From the sequence record OM362897.1: 64,000 nt of DNA. One strand, written 5' to 3'. This DNA comes from Escherichia phage SKA64. The position numbers were made by a program, and so were the translations under genes. Under the pieces are notes generated by a model. It was not told the origin of the DNA. It searched no databases and saw only the letters and a list, made by a program, of their open reading frames with translations. This document shows positions 35,547 through 42,883 of this stretch, in pieces (position 1 is the stretch's first letter; every line of letters begins with the position of its first letter).

Positions 35547-35749
35547 CCTTTATTTTTCCACGGTGTCAGCTTGTTAATCATTGGTGATAAATAGCGTTTA
35601 CCAACGTAAAACAGCACGCCAACTGATGCAACGGCGGCGATCTCATGCATAGCCGACGGGAAACGGGTATCATAATAAGATCCAATAATAGCAATAGCGG
35701 CAACGGCTGCAACGTCGATAATGATTTTTTCTTGTTTTGCGGTGATCAT
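35543..35749 (-). CDS. small membrane protein (68 aa)
   Basis: internal ATG (MITAKQEK) after AAAAAGGTAAA; hydrophobic AAVAAIAIIGSYY. Confidence 0.5.
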   Translation of the reverse strand: MITAKQEKIIIDVAAVAAIAIIGSYYDTRFPSAMHEIAAVASVGVLFYVGKRYLSPMINKLTPWKNKG

Positions 35750-35770
35750 AATATTTACCTTTTTGTATGG

Positions 35771-35829
35771 TGGGGGAACTATTCCCCGCCTGATGTAATA
35801 CAGTTTAACAGGTCCGGTTATGGTGTCAA
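35771..35829 (-). promoter_or_regulatory. promoter + leader hairpin cassette
   Basis: minus strand TTGACA, 16 bp, TAAACT, + ggcggggaatagttccccca hairpin. Confidence 0.5.
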
Positions 35830-35835
35830 CCACTT

Positions 35836-36021
35836 TTAAAGATATTTTATACTGATAACGTTTTCCGGTTTAACCTTGTTGTGATGTGCATCAACATAGA
35901 TCAAACCATCGTCAGAAAAGCCCAGGATCACGCCCTGCGCGATAAAACCGTATTCGTCACGGTAACGCACGGCTATTTTTAATGTTGCGTTGTAGGCTGT
36001 TTTAAGCTCGTTTAAAGTCAT
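35836..36021 (-). CDS. hypothetical protein
   Basis: ORF track. Confidence 0.5.
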   Translation of the reverse strand: MTLNELKTAYNATLKIAVRYRDEYGFIAQGVILGFSDDGLIYVDAHHNKVKPENVISIKYL

Positions 36022-36039
36022 TTTTGTTTATCCTCTACA

Positions 36040-36070
36040 TGTAAAAAGAAAGGGCGCTTGGTGCGCCCTT
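36040..36070 (-). terminator. rho-independent terminator (minus strand)
   Basis: GGGCGCaccaaGCGCCC hairpin followed on minus strand by UUUCUUUUU. Confidence 0.6.
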
Positions 36071-36076
36071 GTTATG

Positions 36077-36223
36077 TTAATTCTCTAAATCCATCCAATT
36101 ATATTTGTCACTCTTCCCGCGCTTTGTTTTATTGCGCTTGTCGCCTTTGCGGATCACTTCCTCATTCCAGGCCTTGCGGATCTTGGAAGATTGAATTTTT
36201 TCTGCACGATTAGATGTATTCAT
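36077..36223 (-). CDS. 48 aa basic small protein (not in ORF track)
   Basis: ATG after AAAGAGGAAAC; MNTSNRAEKIQSSKIRKAWNEEVIRKGDKRNKTKRGKSDKYNWMDLEN. Confidence 0.45.
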   Translation of the reverse strand: MNTSNRAEKIQSSKIRKAWNEEVIRKGDKRNKTKRGKSDKYNWMDLEN

Positions 36224-36243
36224 TTTGTTTCCTCTTTATATGA

Positions 36244-36296
36244 GCGGCACCATTGCCGCTATATTATTAATTTAAACTGTTTTGTAAAATTGTCAA
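36244..36296 (-). promoter_or_regulatory. promoter + leader hairpin cassette
   Basis: minus strand TTGACA ... TAAATT ... gcggcaatggtgccgc. Confidence 0.5.
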
Positions 36297-36302
36297 GGTT
36301 TA

Positions 36303-36656
36303 TCATTCATAAGAGCAAGCAAGGATCACGCCTGCAATATAAAGCCAATAATTTTCCCTTTCTCGTTGGATTTTATCATCGCTGCTATTCTCTTTAATGT
36401 ATCCCCAGGATGTTAACAAGCGATCAATTTCCCAATATTCGAAAGCGATATTAATATCTGATGGCAAACCTTGTAACCATGATGCTATTGCTCTGATAAT
36501 GTTATGATCGTAACGTTTTTGGTTATCGGTATACCAATACTCGGATTTAAAACAGCGCATCAATTCCGCGATCTTCTCTTTATCTTCTGTGATGCCATAC
36601 TTGCTATAATCAATTGAGGCCAGAATATAAAGTTTAATTGCATTTTGTGCTTTCAT
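36303..36656 (-). CDS. hypothetical protein
   Basis: ORF track; AGAGAGACACC RBS. Confidence 0.55.
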   Translation of the reverse strand: MKAQNAIKLYILASIDYSKYGITEDKEKIAELMRCFKSEYWYTDNQKRYDHNIIRAIASWLQGLPSDINIAFEYWEIDRLLTSWGYIKENSSDDKIQRERENYWLYIAGVILACSYE

Positions 36657-36676
36657 GGTGTCTCTCTTCTGTTGTT

Positions 36677-36733
36677 GGCGGCACCATTGCCGCCCTACTT
36701 GTTACATCTTACTGGATTTTTAAAACTTGTCAA
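36677..36733 (-). promoter_or_regulatory. promoter + leader hairpin cassette
   Basis: minus strand TTGACA, 16 bp, TAAGAT, AACAAGTAGGG + ggcggcaatggtgccgcc. Confidence 0.55.
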
Positions 36734-36955
36734 TCATTTTTCTACTATCATTTGATACCCTGTTTCAACGTTAGAAAACACTGTTATCCCGTCCTGGCGT
36801 TCACTCATTAACATACAAGGCGCTAACATCCTTTCTACTGCCTTGCACTCGTTGTAAACGGCGGTTATATCTCCTGCTGCCTTGTCTTCTGTAGTAAATG
36901 TCTCATTTACGTAAACTTGACCAGCGACAACGGCGACAATAGCGAAAGTGATCAT
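36734..36955 (-). CDS. hypothetical protein
   Basis: ORF track; AAGGAAAC RBS; shares first codons ATGATCACTTTCGCTA with gene starting 37196. Confidence 0.55.
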   Translation of the reverse strand: MITFAIVAVVAGQVYVNETFTTEDKAAGDITAVYNECKAVERMLAPCMLMSERQDGITVFSNVETGYQMIVEK

Positions 36956-36989
36956 GATGTTTCCTTGTTAGTAGTGGTTTCTCTTCTCT

Positions 36990-37025
36990 ATAGCGCCCAT
37001 TATAGGCGCTATAACGAAAAGTCAA
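36990..37025 (-). promoter_or_regulatory. promoter + hairpin cassette (variant; -10 inside stem)
   Basis: minus strand TTGACT then atagcgccTATAATgggcgctat palindrome. Confidence 0.4.
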
Positions 37026-37028
37026 CTA

Positions 37029-37196
37029 TTATTTTTTAAGGCTTAAAGTGCCTAGCTTATCAGCGTGACGCAGACCAGGGAAGATCCATTTTCCTGATTC
37101 ATCTTTCACCGGGGCTTTAAAAGTAGCGCCCAGGTTGGCGGCGTTAACTTTACGTGCAACGTTGCGAGCGGCTTCACGGGTAGCGAAAGTGATCAT
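37029..37196 (-). CDS. 55 aa small protein (not in ORF track)
   Basis: ATG after GAGGAAAATATC; MITFATREAARNVARKVNAANLGATFKAPVKDESGKW... Confidence 0.45.
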   Translation of the reverse strand: MITFATREAARNVARKVNAANLGATFKAPVKDESGKWIFPGLRHADKLGTLSLKK

Positions 37197-37220
37197 GATA
37201 TTTTCCTCTTCTCTTTGTTA

Positions 37221-37282
37221 GGCGGTGGACCATTCCGCCGCCTTGATGTAATACAGTTTACTTTATTTTTGCAGTATTGCAA
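37221..37282 (-). promoter_or_regulatory. promoter + leader hairpin cassette
   Basis: minus strand TTGCAA ... hairpin ggcggcggaatggtccaccgcc. Confidence 0.4.
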
Positions 37283-37288
37283 GCGGTT

Positions 37289-37504
37289 TTATGAAATAAA
37301 TGTCAAAGTAAAATCATAATCTTTTGACAGTTTATATTGCACCTTGTTACCGTATATGTCACCTTTACGTAAAGATCCACGGATACCGATAACATCCTTC
37401 ACGTCTTTTAAATTTTTCACGCCTGTAATGTCTTTGTTGAAATACTCGTCATCTGAAAATAAAACTTGCTTTGCATTTTTTAACAAGGTGCGGATATTAG
37501 CCAT
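37289..37504 (-). CDS. hypothetical protein
   Basis: internal ATG (MANIRTLL) after AAGAGAGATTATC. Confidence 0.5.
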   Translation of the reverse strand: MANIRTLLKNAKQVLFSDDEYFNKDITGVKNLKDVKDVIGIRGSLRKGDIYGNKVQYKLSKDYDFTLTFIS

Positions 37505-37526
37505 TTTGATAATCTCTCTTACTAGG

Positions 37527-37584
37527 GGCGGCAATAGTGCCGCCCTATGAATTACATTTTACTAATTTTAGTTGTCTTGTCAAT
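37527..37584 (-). promoter_or_regulatory. promoter + leader hairpin cassette
   Basis: minus strand TTGACA, 16 bp, TAAAAT, TCATAGGG + ggcggcactattgccgcc. Confidence 0.55.
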
Positions 37585-37591
37585 ATTATTT

Positions 37592-37819
37592 TTAGTTTAA
37601 TTGATCCAGGCATAACAGACGATCAACGTTGAGATCGGTCAGGCTAATCGTTGGCACCTGGTAGGATTCGATGTACTCAACGCTCGACCATTGCCCAAAG
37701 TTAGCGACCGCCCAGCTATTCAATGAGGAGTGAAGATCATCCCCTTTCTTCTCGGTGATAACTGCTACTACCTGGGAGATTCCAACCGTGCCGGATACGC
37801 GAACAATAACGATAGCCAT
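37592..37819 (-). CDS. hypothetical protein
   Basis: ORF track; AAAGAAAGGTTATC RBS. Confidence 0.5.
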   Translation of the reverse strand: MAIVIVRVSGTVGISQVVAVITEKKGDDLHSSLNSWAVANFGQWSSVEYIESYQVPTISLTDLNVDRLLCLDQLN

Positions 37820-37841
37820 AATGATAACCTTTCTTTGATTT

Positions 37842-37902
37842 GGCGGGAAACCATTTCCCGCCCTATGCGATAAACTACACCAGATTAAAAAACGTTGTCA
37901 AC
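37842..37902 (-). promoter_or_regulatory. promoter + leader hairpin cassette
   Basis: minus strand TTGACA ... GCATAGGG + ggcgggaaatggtttcccgcc. Confidence 0.5.
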
Positions 37903-37910
37903 TGCTTTTA

Positions 37911-38150
37911 TTACATTCCTACCATAGCGGCACGGATTGCAGTTTTACTATACTTGAAACCATCAGGTGTATGAGTGATTCCATCCTGTTTTAATCTGTA
38001 GCACATCAGATCCGCCGCTTTATCTTTATTGCCGCACTCATTTATTAAACCTACAGCGTATAAGTATAACGATTCATCATTATTAATCCAAAGGCTTACA
38101 TTCCAATGAGTTTTATTTTTGTGACCGTTGTACATTTTAGATTTAGCCAT
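37911..38150 (-). CDS. hypothetical protein
   Basis: ORF track; AAAGAGATTAAC RBS. Confidence 0.5.
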   Translation of the reverse strand: MAKSKMYNGHKNKTHWNVSLWINNDESLYLYAVGLINECGNKDKAADLMCYRLKQDGITHTPDGFKYSKTAIRAAMVGM

Positions 38151-38174
38151 GATGTTAATCTCTTTTTCAGTGAG

Positions 38175-38232
38175 GCGGGAACTATTCCCGCTCTCGATAT
38201 AAGTATTATATGCTTTTTATTCGTGCTGTCAA
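38175..38232 (-). promoter_or_regulatory. promoter + leader hairpin cassette
   Basis: minus strand TTGACA ... TAATAC ... gcgggaatagttcccgc. Confidence 0.5.
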
Positions 38233-38238
38233 TGCTTT

Positions 38239-38604
38239 TTATAAATCTTTTTTACGTTTTACATCGCTTGCATGACTGTATACAGCGATCCCATTATCAC
38301 GGCAAAAGCGGGAAAGGTAGGCATAATTTGAAAACTCTTTACCTTCCAGGTTGATAACCTTGCTAAACTCTTCTAGGGCGACGGTATCAAAATGATCACC
38401 ATAGCCATATTGAAACGGAACGTTAACCACCTCGATCAGTTTACCGCCGATCTCAACGTCAACCATTAAAGAAAAATATGTATTACCGTAGGACCGTTGA
38501 AACCAGCGACGGGCGCTAATATGCACCGCCTCAATGCTGGATAATTCAATTTTAGCCGTGTTAGCCAGGGTAGCATAAGCGGAAACATTAATATTAATAG
38601 CCAT
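38239..38604 (-). CDS. hypothetical protein
   Basis: internal ATG (MAININ) preferred. Confidence 0.5.
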   Translation of the reverse strand: MAININVSAYATLANTAKIELSSIEAVHISARRWFQRSYGNTYFSLMVDVEIGGKLIEVVNVPFQYGYGDHFDTVALEEFSKVINLEGKEFSNYAYLSRFCRDNGIAVYSHASDVKRKKDL

Positions 38605-38636
38605 GATGATAACCTTTTTCATTGTTGGCGGGAAAC

Positions 38637-38696
38637 CACTTCCCGCCCTATGTGGTAAACTATACTAGAATTTTAAACAATGTCAACCGTTTTTAT
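38637..38696 (-). promoter_or_regulatory. promoter + leader hairpin cassette
   Basis: minus strand TTGACA ... TAGTTT ... CACATAGGG + ggcgggaagtggtttcccgcc. Confidence 0.5.
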
Positions 38697-39055
38697 TCGT
38701 AAATTTTACCGCTTTCAGCCCATACCATAACGCGGCGCATACTATCCCAAGTGTTTTGATCCAGGTTTAAGCCGTGCAACTCTTCGGTACTTTCCAGACC
38801 AGGTACCGCCTTGTTGTAAGTCGCATATAAGCGCCCTTGATACTCATACGCCAGAGTAAGATCCGTTTGAATCATCTTTTTAAGCATAGCATTAAGCATC
38901 ATATTAGCGGCATGTTGATCACGTTTTAGCGGTAACATATCAATAAAGGCGCGATAAGCTGAAACATGAATATCAACCGTTTCACGTGGTAAATTTTTCA
39001 TGTCATCGCGGAAAGATACCAGATTAAACATGATAGTATTGATTTGCTTGCTCAT
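38693..39055 (-). CDS. hypothetical protein
   Basis: internal ATG (MSKQINTI) preferred; track extension covers hairpin. Confidence 0.5.
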   Translation of the reverse strand: MSKQINTIMFNLVSFRDDMKNLPRETVDIHVSAYRAFIDMLPLKRDQHAANMMLNAMLKKMIQTDLTLAYEYQGRLYATYNKAVPGLESTEELHGLNLDQNTWDSMRRVMVWAESGKIYE

Positions 39056-39076
39056 TGTGTTACCCTTTTTTGTTTT

Positions 39077-39138
39077 GGCGGGGAAGTATTCCACCGCCCT
39101 ATGTGTTACATCTTATCAGATTAAAAAACGTTGTCAAG
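39077..39138 (-). promoter_or_regulatory. promoter + leader hairpin cassette
   Basis: minus strand TTGACA, 16-17 bp, TAAGAT, ACACATAGGG + ggcggtggaatacttccccgcc. Confidence 0.55.
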
Positions 39139-39155
39139 AATATTTTTAGATAATT

Positions 39156-39437
39156 TTAACTGTATGATCCACATCGTTCGCAGTAGTGATCATCGTCGTC
39201 ATCAGCTACCTGGCTGATAAAGTGATCTACTTTTGCTTTTAGGTTATTATAATTATTTTCTACTTCCTTTAATCGCTCCTGATAGTATCCCAGGGCTTCA
39301 ATATACGCCGCCTCTTCTGTTTTTTCACGCATGGCTAAATTCATGCCGCGCGTATCATCATACAGCCAAAAACCATCGGTGCACTCACTCATTGAAAGGG
39401 TAGGGCTTAACTCTTTATGATTAATTACCTTGCTCAT
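39156..39437 (-). CDS. hypothetical protein
   Basis: internal ATG (MSKVINHK); C-terminal CERCGS. Confidence 0.5.
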   Translation of the reverse strand: MSKVINHKELSPTLSMSECTDGFWLYDDTRGMNLAMREKTEEAAYIEALGYYQERLKEVENNYNNLKAKVDHFISQVADDDDDHYCERCGSYS

Positions 39438-39447
39438 AGTGTGCGCC

Positions 39448-39552
39448 TTATAGAATGATTGAAACAACAATTGCTACAGTGATCCACACTGGAACGGCTA
39501 ACAAAATAGCGTTAATCGTTCCAACCGTCAAACTATTTTCTTTATTAATCAT
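39448..39552 (-). CDS. 34 aa membrane peptide (not in ORF track)
   Basis: MINKENSLTVGTINAILLAVPVWITVAIVVSIIL directly downstream of a cassette. Confidence 0.4.
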   Translation of the reverse strand: MINKENSLTVGTINAILLAVPVWITVAIVVSIIL

Positions 39553-39581
39553 TGTAAGCCTCTTGCATAATTTCACTATGA

Positions 39582-39638
39582 GCGGCACCATTGCCGCCCT
39601 ACGTGGTAAATATTATGCCAGTGGCGGCGATATGTCAA
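39582..39638 (-). promoter_or_regulatory. promoter + leader hairpin cassette
   Basis: minus strand TTGACA ... TAATAT, TTACCACGTAGGG + gcggcaatggtgccgc. Confidence 0.55.
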
Positions 39639-40201
39639 AGACTATTTTCAAAGTTTTCTAGTGCGATCCTTTTTTCTTCCTCTGTTGGCTGATAATCAGG
39701 AAAAGCATCAACACACAACAACGGCGGGATCTCTTCGTACTCTTCCTCTTCCGTTGTCTCCTCGTCTTCCTCCTGGGCTATGGCTGCAATTTTGGCTAAT
39801 TTTCTTTCAGCTTGAATCAATTTACCATCAAGTACGTTTTTTGCCATATTGTAAGCGGTCCAGGTTATGCGCTTACTTTCTAATGCTTCCTCAAGCGCCG
39901 CTATCTTGCTGGGGTATTCATCCAGGACACGAAAAGCCGGATCAACTTTGTACAAAGGATTATCTTTCGCGCCGTCGCTCGCATCTTCCGCACTGGATAA
40001 ATCAGCGTTACCATTTGCCAGCCAGCCAGGGCGCACATAACGCGCTTTTACGTTGCCGTTACTACGTGCTAATCTGTTACCTATTTGCTCACCGCTATAT
40101 CCCGTGGATTCATCGATAAGATGATCGGTAATGATGCGCGGATCATCTGCTTCATGTTTTACCCAAGACTGGATCACATATTCGCGGCCCATATTAACCA
40201 C
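39635..40201 (-). CDS. hypothetical protein with acidic C-terminal region
   Basis: ORF track; AAAAGGTGG RBS. Confidence 0.55.
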   Translation of the reverse strand: MVNMGREYVIQSWVKHEADDPRIITDHLIDESTGYSGEQIGNRLARSNGNVKARYVRPGWLANGNADLSSAEDASDGAKDNPLYKVDPAFRVLDEYPSKIAALEEALESKRITWTAYNMAKNVLDGKLIQAERKLAKIAAIAQEEDEETTEEEEYEEIPPLLCVDAFPDYQPTEEEKRIALENFENSL

Positions 40202-40451
40202 CTTTTTTCAACAATTGGCATACTTTAAAAAGACTTGCTGAATCCTTGCAAGGGTAGAAAGATGTACGATAGTCACGTACGCCAACCTTGCGGATCTCGA
40301 TGTTCTCGCATGTTGTTTGATCAAAGATATTTATTTCATCATGCCCCCTTATATAAACATAGTGGGGATGTATTAACGCATATTTTGCTAATCTGTAAAA
40401 AGCGTTATCTTTGAACGCGATCACGTGACCTTTTAATTTGATGTAAAACAT
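40194..40451 (-). CDS. hypothetical protein
   Basis: ORF track; AAGGTGG RBS. Confidence 0.5.
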   Translation of the reverse strand: MFYIKLKGHVIAFKDNAFYRLAKYALIHPHYVYIRGHDEINIFDQTTCENIEIRKVGVRDYRTSFYPCKDSASLFKVCQLLKKGG

Positions 40452-40468
40452 TCTACCACCTTACAAAT

Positions 40469-40523
40469 AGCGGGAACTATTCCCGCTTTATGTAACATAT
40501 TAACAAATTATTCGTTAATGTCA
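40469..40523 (-). promoter_or_regulatory. promoter + leader hairpin cassette
   Basis: minus strand TTGACA ... TAATAT ... gcgggaatagttcccgc. Confidence 0.5.
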
Positions 40524-40527
40524 AGCC

Positions 40528-40800
40528 TTAAAGCAAAAACGCTACATCTTGCGCTTTTAGTGTAGTATCAACCATTTTCGGGCTTTTATAATCAACAAAG
40601 CGCGCGGTTTTTTCAATAGCGAAACCGAGATAATCTTGTTTATTGAATTTACATTCTTTCTTAAATGTTTCCCGCGCCACGGTGATCGCTGCGTCCAGGG
40701 ATAAACGCCCGTCAATGTTGATATTTGCGAAAGATCCGCCACCGCTCATAGGTTTACCAGTGGTGCCAGTTACGATCATTGTTGCGCTATATGATGCCAT
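40528..40800 (-). CDS. hypothetical protein
   Basis: ORF track; AGAAGAGAGAAATC RBS. Confidence 0.55.
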   Translation of the reverse strand: MASYSATMIVTGTTGKPMSGGGSFANINIDGRLSLDAAITVARETFKKECKFNKQDYLGFAIEKTARFVDYKSPKMVDTTLKAQDVAFLL

Positions 40801-40821
40801 GATGATTTCTCTCTTCTGTTA

Positions 40822-40879
40822 GGCGGGGCGCTTGTCGCCCCTATGTGATACATCTTATCAGGTTGTGGCTTGTTGTCAA
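40822..40879 (-). promoter_or_regulatory. promoter + leader hairpin cassette
   Basis: minus strand TTGACA ... TAAGAT, CACATAGGGG + ggggcgacaagcgccccgcc. Confidence 0.55.
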
Positions 40880-40884
40880 GACTT

Positions 40885-41082
40885 TTATTCTATTCCTGCA
40901 ATCTGCTTAACGCGCTTGCATTTTGCAGTATGCTGATCTTCTGTAATTACTCCCATTTCTAACAGTGAATCAATGAAAGATAAAACCGTTTCATGATCAT
41001 CTTGGGGATGACTGAACTCAGTAAAACCGTTTACTATTACGTTGATTTGTCCAGCTTTCGCCACAATGTGCAATGTTGCCAT
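40885..41082 (-). CDS. hypothetical protein (65 aa)
   Basis: internal ATG (MATLHIV) after GGAG. Confidence 0.5.
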   Translation of the reverse strand: MATLHIVAKAGQINVIVNGFTEFSHPQDDHETVLSFIDSLLEMGVITEDQHTAKCKRVKQIAGIE

Positions 41083-41103
41083 GATCTTAACTCCAAATAG
41101 TGA

Positions 41104-41160
41104 GCGGCACCATTGCCGCCCTACGTGGTAAATATTATGCCGCCACCTGGCGAACGTCAA
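41104..41160 (-). promoter_or_regulatory. promoter + leader hairpin cassette
   Basis: minus strand TTGACG ... TAATAT, TTACCACGTAGGG + gcggcaatggtgccgc. Confidence 0.5.
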
Positions 41161-41268
41161 CCACTTTTTCAATCTTTTTATTTTCTTTTTGCTTGCTATA
41201 TATAAAGGAAAGGGCTATCATCTTTCTACCGCGCCAACCAGGGCGCACAACAAAGAAAGGGCGACACC

Positions 41269-41535
41269 ATGACAAATACTACATTACACCTTATGCACTC
41301 ATTGGGCTGGCAAGGCGGCACGGTGCACCAGGTAGCAAGCGCAACGGGCTTAAAGGTTGAAACCGTTCTCAACCTATCAGATTATAAGGTCGAGGATAGT
41401 TATCAATTACAAAGTTACACGGGCGGTTTTACCTGGGCGCGTGAAGGTGGGAAAGAAAGCAATATACCACATTGGGGAAAAGGTGATATTCATTTTTGGC
41501 TAGGTGTCCTGACCTGGCAAGAAAACAAAAAATAA
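41269..41535 (+). CDS. hypothetical protein (lone + strand gene inside - block)
   Basis: ORF track; AAAGGG upstream; no clear promoter assigned. Confidence 0.45.
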   Translation: MTNTTLHLMHSLGWQGGTVHQVASATGLKVETVLNLSDYKVEDSYQLQSYTGGFTWAREGGKESNIPHWGKGDIHFWLGVLTWQENKK

Positions 41536-41537
41536 TC

Positions 41538-41566
41538 TTGACAAGCCCAGGGATCGGGCTTATACT
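41538..41566 (+). promoter_or_regulatory. sigma70-like promoter (alternatively part of a weak terminator)
   Basis: TTGACA, 17 bp, TATACT; spacer itself is a small hairpin agccc...gggct. Confidence 0.35.
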
Positions 41567-41572
41567 GTTTTA

Positions 41573-41680
41573 CATACAGAAGAGGAAGCGCCACCCCACG
41601 GCGTAAAGGCGGGGCTAACATACCAGGGGCACTGGTTGGAAGGTTGATCGCCGGTAGGCTGGGCGCTATATATTTGTAAA
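41573..41680 (+). ncRNA. candidate structured small RNA
   Basis: GC-rich non-coding segment after promoter; closing stem AGCGCC (about 41587-41592) with GGCGCT (about 41662-41667), internal CCCC/GGGG and CCAG/CTGG stems, then AUAUAUUUG. Confidence 0.3.
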
Positions 41681-41785
41681 GAAATGTAAAGATAAAATAA
41701 TCGCTTGCTTTCCTGGGTGGATCTGTTATTCTTATTACATGGCGAGGGGACACGGGAGCGCGAGACAAACACCGCCCCTGCGCGT

Positions 41786-41903
41786 CATTCTCTAAATGAG
41801 AATGATTATCATTTACCTTATCAAATAAGAATCAATCTCATTTATAAACCTAAATGCGAATCATTATCATTTGCATTTCCATATGAGAACTCTTCTCATT
41901 CCC
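41786..41903. promoter_or_regulatory. cluster of Fur-box-like AT-rich operator motifs
   Basis: GAGAATGATTATCATTTAC (41798-41816; 15 of 19 matches to GATAATGATAATCATTATC), GCGAATCATTATCATTTGC (41856-41874), palindromes CATTCTCtaaatGAGAATG and ATGAGAActcTTCTCAT. Confidence 0.35.
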
Positions 41904-41921
41904 ATCTGCATAAATTTTTGT

Positions 41922-42098
41922 AAACTTTAAATTTTGCTTTTGTACTTTCATTTTTGTAAAAGCAAAAAAACTTTAAATACTGTGGGCGCGCAAAATTTTT
42001 AAAATTTTCCTTGATTTTTGAGTTTTGTTTTGTATCTGACATTTTAAGATAATTTTCCTAAACTTTAAATTTTGGTTTTCAACTTTCACTTTTGTAAA
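41922..42098. repeat. AT-rich 39 bp direct repeat pair
   Basis: AAACTTTAAATTTTGCTTTTGTACTTTCATTTTTGTAAA (41922-41960) vs AAACTTTAAATTTTGGTTTTCAACTTTCACTTTTGTAAA (42060-42098). Confidence 0.5.
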
Positions 42099-42261
42099 TT
42101 CTTAAAAAGTTTAAATAATTTGAGGGATTTTTGAGATAATAGGTAATGGGAATTTGAGATAACCTTTAATCTTATTGGCAGACCTTCAGGAACCCACTCA
42201 GATCGAATCCTAGTGATGCAAACTGAAAAAGACAAGGGTTTGTATAGGACAAAATAATAGG

Positions 42262-42290
42262 CTCTCTACGGTGCTGTAGGAGCCTTATTT
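42262..42290 (-). terminator. rho-independent terminator (bidirectional-capable)
   Basis: ggctctctacggtgctgtaggagcc hairpin with T/U-rich tracts on both sides; downstream of minus gene ending 42341. Confidence 0.55.
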
Positions 42291-42340
42291 CTGTGCTACA
42301 AAGTGACGCCTTTGTTCTAAAAATGAAAAAAGTTAAAATA

Positions 42341-42883
42341 TCACAAATATCGTCTTTGCGGTATTTTGTCTGGGAAAAGTATTTCGATCAGTTTGTTATG
42401 ATATTTACCTAAAAGATTTTGCCCTTTCCAGTTGACCGGATTTAGCACCCCTGGTTCATACATTCCCATTCCAATACCGTAAACCTTATCGTAAGGACTT
42501 GCTTCAACAAACGTTTTGTATTGGTAAAGGTGTAAGTCTGCATACAAATCTGGATTCTGTACATATTTCAAGCATAAACCTCGCATAACAATACGCTCAC
42601 GGTTCTCTTCCCATACATTGTTATCAAAATCCGACACTGCCCTACCCATACGTTTGTAATAAGCCTGGATCTTCTCATCTTTCCGTATCAAACTATGAGT
42701 CAGAATAGCCTGTGCAGTGTTGTGATCATTAAAAAGCAAAGCTTTACGCCACATCATGTATTGTTCGACACAATTAAATGTCTGATTGTAACCTGGTTCG
42801 GTTTCTGTAAAGGGTGCAATATACCAATTACTAAAAACATCTTTATGTGAAAAGAAGAATACATAATCATCAGTTATTCGCAT
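42341..42883 (-). CDS. NADAR (YbiA-like) domain protein
   Basis: FFFSHKDVFSNWYIAPF, VEQYMMWRKAL, LCLKYVQNPDLYADLHLY, FVEASPYDKVYGIGMG match YbiA/NADAR blocks. Confidence 0.8.
   Translation of the reverse strand: MRITDDYVFFFSHKDVFSNWYIAPFTETEPGYNQTFNCVEQYMMWRKALLFNDHNTAQAILTHSLIRKDEKIQAYYKRMGRAVSDFDNNVWEENRERIVMRGLCLKYVQNPDLYADLHLYQYKTFVEASPYDKVYGIGMGMYEPGVLNPVNWKGQNLLGKYHNKLIEILFPDKIPQRRYL

Noticed and set aside
30288-41172. N-terminal extensions of many track ORFs on the - strand containing peptides such as YLVGRQWCRS or YHVGRQWCRS
   Set aside because: These residues are the translation of the conserved promoter hairpin (gcggcaccattgccgc read in reverse); the real start is the internal ATG with an RBS downstream of the hairpin.
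41538-41566. The hairpin in the promoter spacer as a strong terminator for the upstream + gene
   Set aside because: The downstream U-tract is interrupted (AUACUGUUUU); kept as a low-confidence alternative.
42175-42225. tRNA-like T-loop sequence (cagatcgaatcc)
   Set aside because: Could not be folded into a cloverleaf with acceptor and anticodon stems; no tRNA called anywhere in the window.
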